DNA from: Macrostomum lignano
Lineage: Eukaryota
Direction of reading: 5' to 3'
NCBI GenBank assembly: GCA_002269645.1
Contig: NIVC01001258.1
Coordinates: forward strand, 75,587-139,586
Length of the DNA stretch: 64,000 bases
Below are positions 33,935 to 44,900 of the stretch, in pieces. The translations under genes were made by a program, and so were the position numbers. The stretch's first letter is position 1. The number at the start of each line of letters is the position of its first letter. Below the pieces are notes generated by a model, which saw only the letters and a program-made list of their open reading frames with translations, did not search any database and was not told the origin of the DNA.

Positions 33935-35215
33935 CCTGTAGGCTGCCGTGTTCTCTTTGTGGGCTGCTGTGTTCTCCCCGTCTATCCTGTAGGCTGCCGT
34001 GTTCTCCCCGTCTATCCTGTAGGCTGCCGTGTTCTCTTTGTGGGCTGCTGCGTTCTCCCCGTCTATCCTGTAGGCTGCCGTGTTCTCCCCGTCTATCCTG
34101 TAGGCTGCCGTGTTCTCTTTGTGGGCTGCTGCGTTCTCCCCGTCTATCCTGTAGGCTGCCGTGTTCTCCCCGTCTATCCTGTAGGCTGCCGTGTTCTCCC
34201 CGTCTATCCTGTAGGCTGCCGTGTTCTCCCCGTCTATCCTGTAGGCTGCCGTGTTCTCCCCGTCTATCCTGTAGGCTGCCGTGTTCTCCCCGTCTATCCT
34301 GTAGGCTGCCGTGTTCTCCCTGTGGGCCGCTGTGTTCTTCCTATCCCTCTTGTAGGCTGCCGTGATCTCCCTGTCCATCCTGTAGGCTGCCGTGCTCTCC
34401 CTGTCCATCCTGTAGGCTGCCGTGATCTCCCTGTCCATCCTGTAGGCTGCCGTGATCTCCCTGTCCATCCTGTAGGCTGCCGTGATCTCCCTGTCCATCC
34501 TGTAGGCTGCCGTGATCTCCCTGTCCATCCTGTAGGCTGCCGTGATCTCCCTGTCCATCCTGTAGGCTGCCGTGATCTCCCTGTCCATCCTGTAGGCTGC
34601 CGTGATCTCCCTGTCCATCCTGTAGGCTGCCGTGATCTCCATGTCCATCCTGTAGGCTGCCGTGCTCTCCCTGTCCATCCTGTAGGCTGCCGTGATCTCC
34701 CTGTCCATCCTGTAGGCTGCCGTGATCTCCCTGTCCATCCTGTAGGCTGCCGTGATCTCCCTGTCCATCCTGTAGGCTGCCGTGATCTCCCTGTCCATCC
34801 TGTAGGCTGCCGTGATCTCCCTGCCCATCTTGTAGGCTGCCGTAATCTCCCTGCCCATCTTGTAGGCTGCCGTGTTCTCCCTGCCCATCTTGTAGGCTGC
34901 CGTGTTCCCCCTGTCCATCCTGTAGGCTGCCGTGTTCCCCCTGTCTATCCTGTAGGCTGCCGTGTTCCCCCTGTCTATCCTGTAGGCTGCCGTGATCTCC
35001 CTGTCCATCCTGTAGGCTGCCGTGATCTCCCTGCCCCTCTTGTAGGCTGCCGTGTTCCCCCTGTCCCTCCTGTAGGCTGCCGTGATCTCCCTGCCCCTCT
35101 TGTAGGCTGCCGTGATCTCCCTGTCCCTCCTGTAGGCTGCCGTGATCTCCCTGCCCCTCTTGTAGGGTGCCGTGTTCTCCCTGTACATTCTGTAGGGTGC
35201 CAAGATCTCCCTGTC
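33935..35215. repeat. 27-30-bp minisatellite in the 5'-UTR intron or outron of EHBP1
   Basis: Tandem tgtaggctgccgtg(a/t)tctccctgtccatcc, ending ~35 nt before the acceptor ccgcag at 35250. Confidence 0.96.
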
Positions 35216-35258
35216 CCTGCAATGCTCTTGTCCATCTGTCCATTCCGCAGGCCTAACA

Positions 35259-38200
35259 ATGAGCGTCTGGAAGCGGCTTCAGCGGGTCGGCAAGAAGGCC
35301 GCGAAATTCCAGCTGACGGCCTGCTATCACGGCCTGACCGTGGAGTGCGGCCGCGCCTACCAGCCGCACCGCCTGGTGGTGGTCTGGACCCGGCGGAACC
35401 GGCGCTACTCCACGGACCCGGCCGTGTGGACCGCCAGCCTGGCCAACCCGCGCCAGTGCTGCGTGTCCTGGGAGCCGCCAGAGAACGTGGAGATCACTTC
35501 TATTCTGTATCGCGATCCTAAGCGAGCCGAATACGAGAGCAAGGAGTGGACTTTTGTGGTGGAGGACCAGATGGCCAACGGCAGACGGAAGGCCATCGCT
35601 TCGCGTCCGGTGGATCTGCAGAAGCTGTGCGTTAGCAACGGCGAGGCCAAGCAGACTCCTCTGACAGTGAAACTGAAGCCCGGGAGCAAGAAGGTGAGGC
35701 CCTCCTCTCCTAGCCTTTCGACTTTTCATTTCAGATCCTCAGCTGCTGGACCAGCCTCCCAGATCCTCAGCTGCTGGACCAGCCTCCCAGATCCTCAGCT
35801 GCTGGACCAGCCTCCCAGATCCTCAGCTGCTGGACCAGCCTCCCAGATCCTCAGCTGCTGGACCAGCCTCCCAGATCCTCAGCTGCTGGACCAGCCTCCC
35901 AGATCCTCAGCTGCTGGACCAGCCTCCCAGATCCTCAGCTGCTGGACCAGCCTCCCAGATCCTCAGCTGCTGGACCAGCCTCCCAGATCCTCAGCTGCTG
36001 GACCAGCCTCCCAGATCCTCAGCTGCTGGACCAGCCTCCCAGATCCTCAGCTGCTGGACCAGCCTCCCAGATCCTCAGCTGCTGGACCAGCCTCCCAGAT
36101 CCTCAGCTGCTGGACCAGCCTCCCAGATCCTCAGCTGCTGGACCAGCCTCCCAGATCCTCAGCTGCTGGACCAGCCTCCCAGATCCTCAGCTGCTGGACC
36201 AGCCTCCCAGATCCTCAGTTGTTGGGCCAGCCTCCCAGATCCTCAGTTGTTGGGCCAGACTCCCAGATCCTCAGTTGTTGGGCCAGACTCCCAGATCCTC
36301 AGTTGTTGGGCCGGCCTCGCTCGCAGATCCTCAGTGAATTTTCATACACAGCTATCAGTGTTGGTCACGCCCATCGCTTTTCTCCATGCACCTGCCAGGT
36401 GACGTCAGTGACGCTGTCCCTGACCCTGCACTCCGTGCTGCTCGACAAAGAGAGAGACGCCCAAGACGAGGACATGGTGTCCATTGCCTCTCTGATGTCT
36501 CTGAATGACAGCCGGCGAGACTCCGGCGGCGCTGGACGAGGCGGCGCCGCAGCGGCGACGGGCGCCGGCGCGGGCGGCAGCTCTGAGATCGCCAACCTGC
36601 GCGACTTTGACGACGAAGTTGACGTCCCGTCACCCAGCGACAACGACGCCAGCTTCAACCGGCTGGTCGAGCGCCTTCGCGGCCTCGACGCCGACACCGA
36701 GGCAACCGGCGGCGCGGCTGTTACCGCTGCTGCTGACGATGAATCGCCGGCCGGCACGCCGACTAACGACGGCCACGCGGGCAAGATTGCTGGCGTTGCT
36801 GCGGCCGCTGAAGCAGCCTTCGTCGCGTCGCCGGCCTCTCCGAGCTTGCCGTCTGCAGCAACAACAGGCGGACATGCCGTCCCCACGGAGGTGGTCGGCT
36901 CGGCGGCCAGTCAGGTGACATCTGTTTGTCTTGTCACTTTTCTATCTAGATTTTATGCACCTATCTAAGCACTCTTCTAAGCACTCTTCTAACTATTCTT
37001 CTGTGCACTCCTAGCGACTCAATCCCTTTCCGAGCATCTCCCAATCAAGCCCTCTCGCTCCACTAGCGCCTGTCACTACTCGTCTAAGCACTCCCCCCTC
37101 TTGCTCTTCTAAGCACTCTTTTAGGCACCCAATATCTGTGGACATAGTAACCATCGCCTTATGTACTATCTCAGGATTTGCTCGCCTGGGCCCAGTCCGT
37201 CACAGCCGGCTACAGAAACAGAGGCGTATTCGTCAACAATCTCACGACATCGTTTCGTAACGGCCTGGCCTTCTGCGCCATCATTCATCATCACCGGCCC
37301 GACCTGCTGGAATTCGCCGGGCTGAAAGCGCACGACTTGCGCGAGAATAATAGGCGGGCCTTTGAGGCTGCTCACCAGCTGGGCGTGCCGAGGTAATAAG
37401 CTGTTTATTTTTTATAGAGATCAGATTCTCCCTGATTGGGAATCACCCGTCTATTATAGAGATGGGATTCTCCTGTCTGTTATAGAGATGGGATTCTCCC
37501 TGATTGGGAATCACCTGTCTGTTATAGAGATGGGATTCTCCCTGATTGGGAATCACCTGTCTATTATAGAGATGGGATTCTCCCTGATTGGGAATCACCT
37601 GTCTATTGTAGAGATGGGATTCTCCCTGATTGGGAATCACCTGTCTATTGTAGAGATGGGATTCTCCCTGATTGGGAATCACCTGTCTATTGTAGAGATG
37701 GGATTTTCCCTGATTAGGAATCGCTTGTCTATTATAGAGACCAGGGATCCCAGTAACCAGGGATTACCCACCTTGCAGGGATTCTCCATTGCTGGGGATC
37801 ACCTGTTCATTAAGGATGAGATTCCCCCTAAGCGGGAATCCCCTGTCCACCAGATATGCTTGCACCTTCGCCCCCAACCTCTGCAGGGTGATGGACCCGG
37901 CCGACATGGTGATGAAGACCATCCCGGACCAGCTGCTGGTGATGACTTTCCTGCACCAGCTGCGGGCGCATTTCACTAATCAGGAGATTCGCCTGGTGTC
38001 CCGTCTGGCCTCGTCGGAGAGCAGCTACACCCTGGCCCAGCCGGATGAGGACAAGGATGCTGATCACAGCGATGGCAATGGTGATAATACGGACCATACT
38101 GATGAAGCTAAGAAGCTGCAGACTACTGCTAAACAAGTCGACCAGGCCTCAGGACAGGTGGTCGAGCAGCAACAGCAGCAGCAGATGCCGAAATCGAAAA

Positions 38201-39742
38201 CCGACTCCGCCGGTTTGTCGACAGCCACCCCCGCCGCCTTGCCGACAAGTTCGAGCGCCGGCCGCGGTTTCAAAGAGCTGCGCCGGGAACGCGACCGCGA
38301 TTTGGCTACGCGGGCCGCCAAGGAGATCCGCCTGCTGAGCAGCTACAACACTGACGGCACCGTCCGGGATCAGGTGTCGGCCGGGTCGGCCGTACGGCAG
38401 AGCGGCGCCAACTTCCAGCTGAAATCCGACGCCAAATCGGCAGCCAAGAGCGGCGCTGCTTCGCTGAAGAAGGCCGACGAAGAGAGGAAAAGAGGTTTCA
38501 GCGGCGATGAGGAGAAAACCGTGGAGGATGCTGAGGACGAGGACAATGATGAGGACGCGGCCAGGCCGTCGTCAACGGTGCTGTCGAATTTCAACCGGGT
38601 GCTGGACACTTCCGCCTACGTTGCTTCGGAGAGGCTGGCTTTGGAAGCGGAACAGAGCGACATCGACAGTCAGGCGGAGGTGCTGGAGAAACGGCTGCGC
38701 GGCGTGCTGTGCGGCTCCAGCGGCTCCAAGGACGAGGAGCAGCCCCTGCTGACCCAGTGGTTTCAATTGGTTGGTTGATGCTGTTTATTATTGTATGCCA
38801 ATATAGTGAGATTACGGTGAGATATGATGAGATAGCTACATAGGGTGAGATTTTGAAATTCAAAGCTACATAGGGTGAGATTTTGAAATTCAAACCTAAA
38901 TAGGGGTGAGACTTTGAAATTCAAAGCTACATAGAGGATGAGATTTTGAAATTTAAAGCTACATAGGAGTGAGATTTTGAAATTCAAAGCTACATATAGG
39001 ATAAGATTTTGAAATTCAAAGCTACATAGGAGTGAGATTTTGAAATTCAAAGCTATATATGAGTGAGATTTTAAAATTCAAAGCTACACAGGAGTGAGAT
39101 TTTGAAATTCAAAGCTATATAGGAGTGAGATTTTAAAATTCAAAGCTATATAGGAGTGAGATTTTGAAATTCAAAGCTATATAGGAGTGAGATTTTAAAA
39201 TTCAAAGCTACACAGGAGTGAGATTTTGAAATTCAAAGCTACATAGAGGATGAGATTTTGAAATTTGAAGCTATATAGGAGTGAGATTTTGAAATTCAAA
39301 CCTCAATAGAGGTGAGATTTTGAAATTCAAAGCTAATTACAGAGATTAAATGACAAATTCGAGATTTTTGTCCTATTAAAGTCACAAATCCTCACAAACG
39401 TGATCCCAGGTGAACAAGAAGAACGCGCTGATCAGGCGGGCCCGCCAGCTGGACATGCTGGATCAGGAGCAGGACCTCGAGAAGCGCTACCGGATGCTCG
39501 AACTGGAGCTCCGCGGCGTCATGAGCGTAGAGGATTGGCAGAAAACCGACGAGGAGCGGCGCCGAGAGGACCTGCTGCTGCGCGACCTGATGGACATTGT
39601 GCGCAAGCGGGACGAAGTGGTCCGCGAGATGGACCTGCACGAGAGGGAGATTGTCAAAGACTTGGACATCGAGCGGAAGGCCATGGAGCGGCTGAACAGG
39701 GGCAGCGGGGCCGGTAGCGGCCGGACTTGCTCCGTTCAATAA
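35259..39742 (+). CDS. EHBP1: EHBP1-like protein (NT-C2, CH and bMERB domains, CaaX), ~794 aa; exons 35259-35693, 36399-36914, 37175-37392, 37887-38769, 39410-39742
   Basis: NT-C2: MSVWKRLQRVGKKAAKFQ…VWTRRNRR. CH: DLLAWAQ…NLTTSFRNGLAFCAIIHH.RPDL…PDQLLVMTFLHQLRAHF. bMERB: WFQL|VNKKNALIRR…LELELR. C-terminal CSVQ. Splice phases 0, 0, 2, 0 are consistent. Confidence 0.92.
35733..36315. repeat. 28-bp minisatellite, family X, array 3, in an EHBP1 intron
   Basis: Tandem cagatcctcagctgctggaccagcctcc, the reverse complement of the 16.6-kb and 17.7-kb unit. Confidence 0.96.
37420..37740. repeat. 39-bp minisatellite in an EHBP1 intron
   Basis: Tandem atagagatgggattctccctgattgggaatcacctgtct. Confidence 0.93.
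38800..39335. repeat. ~31-33-bp minisatellite in the last EHBP1 intron
   Basis: Tandem gagtgagattttgaaattcaaagctacatag. Confidence 0.93.
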
Positions 39743-39859
39743 TCGGTCTTTTAGCCTGGAGTTTCTATCCGGCATCGCATCGATTTGTTGATTTCGTTGC
39801 TTTTTCACTCATTCTAAGCCATGCTGATCAATTTGAAGCTATCGTCTTCAAGAATCCCC

Positions 39860-40110
39860 CGCGTGGACCCTAAATCGCCCCTGAATCGTCTTGAAGAATC
39901 GCCCCCAAATCGCCTTCAAAAATCTCCCTTAAATCGCCTTGAAGAATCGCCCCTAAACTGCCTTCTAGAATCGCCCCTGAATCGCCCCTAAATCGCCTTC
40001 AAGAATCGCCCCTAAATCGCCTTCAAGAATCGCCTTCAAAAATCGCCCCTAAATCGCCTTCAAGAATCGCCTTCAAAAATCGCCCCTAAATCGCACTTCA
40101 AGAATCGCCC
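39860..40110. repeat. Degenerate short-unit repeat 3' of EHBP1
   Basis: Recurrent aatcgcccctaaatcgccttcaag. Confidence 0.85.
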
Positions 40111-40924
40111 CTAAATCGTGTAATTCCGTGCAGTTTATACCTAATTTTCCATGATTTTCATGCTTATAATCATTTTTAAAACGAAGCAGCCTACATATTC
40201 CCGCACTTATGCTTCATCCCGATCTCTTTTCTATTCTGTTTTGTAAAGTTTTGATGATTTTTATCAACGTGTCCGACAAGTCGATTCTTTCTTAGAAAGA
40301 TATCGATTTCTTCTGCACATTTCTGCTTCAAGTATTTGCTTTCCCCGTCAATCTAGATGTACAGTCAGACTGTTTTTACATAGATATTCATATCTACTGG
40401 CATATATTTTAATAGATTCTAATTTTTATTATACAATCAAATTTGACTTCGCCTGTAATCTGTGTGCAATATCGTTCAACATGTACAGGTAGGCTCTGGC
40501 TTTGTTAGCGTATATTTTAGGATGACGGTTACACCACTCTAGGCTTCCACAGTGTTTGAAGGAACTTCCAGCTCTTGATAATTCTAGTATTTTATATGGC
40601 CGCCATAGCAACTATTGTTACTGTCACAAAGCTGACTGGTGAAGCAGTAATTCTCTTATTTGGTGGTTTAGCCACACATTGGAATAACTGTATGTCACTT
40701 ACAAAACTGCACTCGTCTACTCTTTTTCAGTAGCAAAATAAGCGTTTTTTGCCTTAATATAAATATTTAGTAAAATTAAATAAGTTACTTTACAGATATA
40801 TTAAAGTTTTAAAGCTGCAACAATTGCCTCTGGCTTTCTTCAAGCAGAGCATCTTCTAGCATCTTCACCCTGTTTGAAGCTGCACCCAACTGTGCGTGAG
40901 CATAGCGAGCAAGAGATAGGGGTG

Positions 40925-41130
40925 GCGCCACAGCCACCAGCCAGGTCGATGAACAGTTTGGCTTTCCTCTCTCCCCGCTTGTGTCTTGATTTTGACTTCT
41001 CTCCTTACTGCTCTCTTATTGGCTGAGCTAGATTTGGCCTTGCCCCCCCCCCCCCAGGCAAAGTTTCGTCCGTCTGACTTTGACCTCTCTCCTTACTGCT
41101 CTCTCATTGGCTGAGCTGAGGCCTGCCCAC
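40925..41130. mobile_element. Dispersed repeat (copy 2 of 3737-4090)
   Basis: ccagccaggtcgatgaacagtttggctttcc…ttactgctctc(t)attggctgagc shared with copy 1. Confidence 0.65.
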
Positions 41131-41923
41131 CCCCATTGAGTTAAAAGTTTTTGTTCAATGCTCTTGAGGAAGGAAATCAATTAAATTTTAGCAGCAATAT
41201 TAATTTTCAGTAACAATGCGCAGGCAAACTACTGAAAATAAGTTGACGTTCTGCGTTTTTCACAATATTTTAAAACTTTTTTTGCCAGTGACATATCTAC
41301 CGTGGTCCGTAGTTTTTTTCTAAGATCTGTTTTTGACTTGTCAATGAGTAATGGACACTAACTTCGCTATTTATAGAAATACAATGACATAACACATACT
41401 CCTGTAACTTTAAACTAAACACAGCATTCAGAATTTTTCTTTTATATAAATAAAAAATCTACATTTCCCCATACTACTCTACTAATAGTAGATATAAATT
41501 TACATTTTTTCTGCTTTTAATTGGCATGCATTAATTAAATAAGATGAATAATACAACTTGTATTTATTATTAATACATAAGCGAGCACCGACCACAGGGA
41601 GGAAAGAATTGAGAACACAAAATAATAGTCAACAATAGATCAACAGAACAATATTAACAGCTGGCATGACAACAACAGTAGTAATATATAGACTAGTAGT
41701 AAGTAGGCTCTCAACAGAATTGAATAGCAATACAATTCTCAGGTAGTTAAGGCACGTGTGCAATTCACGCATCAAAATAAACAATCAAGACAACGCTTTA
41801 CAGTAAGGTTACATTATTTTAATGGCGAGATTTTTTCTATCCATGTAAATTGACTTAAAAGTAAAACGCAACATTTGCAGAACATACTACTGAAGGTAGC
41901 CGCACAGAATTCACAATGCGGAA

Positions 41924-44900
41924 TCAAGGCGTTACTAGCCAATTCTGAAATTGAAAAGGGTAGTTAATTTGCTCATCAAATATCAGTAAAATTCAATAGT
42001 TTTTTGTTAAAATAAACCAATCACCAAGCAAATTCGGTATAACAAAAGCAACCCAAACACCGGAAAAAATAATTATTCTAAATGCAAACATAGACTTGGG
42101 CTAGGTTTACCTTCACGGAACATGCATCTGTCGGGTTAAGTAGAGTGTGAATCAAATATACCTCTGTGCCAGTGTGGTCAATTCAATTTAATGCCTAAGT
42201 TTTATAAAGACATTCGAATATAGACATGTGTGCTAAAGTACAAACCTTGTGGAGATTAATAAGTTTGTAGTAAGATAATATTTTGAAATAGGACACCATA
42301 TAAGGTGAGATTTTGAAATCAGATACCACATGGAGTGAGATTTTAAAATTAGACACCATAGTGAGATTTTGAAATCAGACCCCATGCATAGTAAGATTTT
42401 GAAATCAGACCCCATGCAGAGTGAGATTTTGAAATCAGACCCCATAGTGAGATTTTGACATCAGACCCCATGCAGAGTGAGATTTTGAAATCAGACCCCA
42501 TAGTGAGATTTTGACATCAGACCCCATGCAGAGTGAGATTTTGAAATCAGACCCCATAGTGAGATTTTGAAATCAGACACCATGCAGAATGAAATTTTGA
42601 AATTAGACACCATACAGAGTGAGATTTTAAAATCGGACACCATACAGAGTGAGATTTTGAAATCGGACACCATACAGAGTGAGATTTTGAAATCAGACAC
42701 CATACAGAGTGAGATTTTGAAATTGGACACCATACAGAGTGAGATTTTGAAATCGGACACCATACAGAGTGAGATTTTGAAATCGGACACCATGCAGAGT
42801 GAGATTTTGAAATTAGACACCATACAGAGTGAGATTTTGAAATTGGACACCATGCAGAGTGAGATTTTGAAATCAGACACCATACAGAGTGAGATTTTGA
42901 AATCGGACACCATACAGAGTGAGATTTTGAAATTAGACACCATACAGAGTGAGATTTTGAAATCGGACACCATGCAGAGTGAGATTTTAAATCGGACACC
43001 ATGCAGAGTGAGACTTTAAAGAGTGAGATTCGATCATCTAGCCAATCAAAACCAATTCTCAGCGACACTCACCGCTGCCCTTTTGCCTTCGTGGTCCATG
43101 ATCTGCTGAATTTGGTAGTCTGTGAACTTCAGCACCGTGCAGATCACCCTGGCCAAGGTCTGGAAGCGAATGTTTTGTTTTACTAAATTAGTTAAATTCA
43201 GCATTATGTTAGAAATGAAAACTAAGAAAACTCACCTGAGTCTTCTCACCGAGCATGTACTTGTACAGCACATTTCTCAGGTATTCCACCTCGGGAATGT
43301 CGGTGAATGCGCGGGTCTTGTGCCGGTCGGGCCTGCTGCTGGCTACCGGCGCTGGCGGCTGCGGGGGCGGCGGCTGGGGGCCGCGGGTTCGAAGCTCGGA
43401 CAGCTCGGAGCTGACGCTCATCAGCTGCTTCTGTCGGGTGCGGTGGAGGGTAATTGAGGGACTCCGTATGCAGGCAGTAGCGCGATCTCAAATCAAAGTC
43501 CCACATCAATCCCATTCCCCATCAATCCCATCCCCCATCAATCCCATTCTCCCTATCAATCCCATCCCCCATCAATCCTATTCCCCATTAATCCCATTCC
43601 CCCCATCAATCCCATTTTCCCCATCAATCCCATTTTCCCCATCAATCCCATTCCCCCCATCAATCCCATTTTCCCCATCAATCCCATTCCCCCCATCAAT
43701 CCCATTTTCCCCATCAATCCCATTTTCCCCATCAATCCCATTCCCCCCATCAATCCCATTTTCCCCATCAATCCCATTCCCCCCATCAATCCCATTTTCC
43801 CCATCAATCCCATTTTCCCCATCAATCCCATTCCCCCATCAATCCCATTCCCCATTGCTATGGCTTGGCCATAGATATGAATTTGAGCACAGGCTGCTCT
43901 TTATTTTTCTAAGTTGAACTACTATGCGCATGCGTTAAAAAGTTAAGTTATATAAAAAAGAGAGCTCGAAAAGCTCGGCTCAGAACTGAGCGAAAATACA
44001 TGTAACTAGGCAGCTGCGAGCTGCAAATCCGACAACCTTAGCCTCAGCCTCCGAAAGCCTCAGTCATAACACCCATCAATCCCATTCCCCATCAATCCCA
44101 TCCTCTCCATCAATCCCATTCCCCCCATCAATCCCAATCCCCATCAATCCCATTCCCCATCAATCCCATTCCCCATCAATCCCATTCCCCATCAATCCCA
44201 TCCTCTCCATCAATCCCATTCCCCCATCAATCCCATTCCCCCATCAATCCCATTCCCCATCAATCCCATCCTCTCCATCAATCCCATTCCCCCATCAATC
44301 CCATTCCCCCATCAATCCCAATCCCCATCAATCCCATTCCCCATCAATCCCATTCTCCCATCAATCCCATTCCCCCATCAATCCCAATCCCCATCAATCC
44401 CATTCCCCATCAATCCCATTCTCCCATCAATCCCATTCCCCCCATCAATCCCATCCTCTCCATCAATCCCAATCCCCATCAATCCCAATCCCCATCAATC
44501 TCATTCCCCATCAATCCCATTCCCCCCATCAATCCAAATCCCCATCAATCAGTCCCATTCAGGTAAAATACATAGCATGGGTTAAAGCAATAAGAAACGC
44601 AAGATGCCCACCTGCAGATCTGCAGCGTACATCTTGACTGCCTCATAGTCTTCAGCACTAACGCTGTCCCCGGTGTGCCTGCCGTCGCTGCAATAAAAGT
44701 AGGGCATGAAGTACTTTACTGACAGGCACTCAGATAGATAAAATCGGCTTCACTTACACAGCAGCAGTTCTGAGTTCGTCAACTTGACCAGCCAGGCCGT
44801 GCAACCAATGAGAGCCATTGTTCTCAGTCGATAACGCAGACTTGATAGCGTCCTTGAATTGAGAAATTTGAATTGTTTTTTTCTTAGAAAAGCTTGTGAG

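Noticed and set aside
33905-35521. 538-aa, 429-aa and 300-aa repeat ORFs
   Set aside because: Translations of the 30-bp array upstream of the EHBP1 acceptor, open only because the unit lacks stops.
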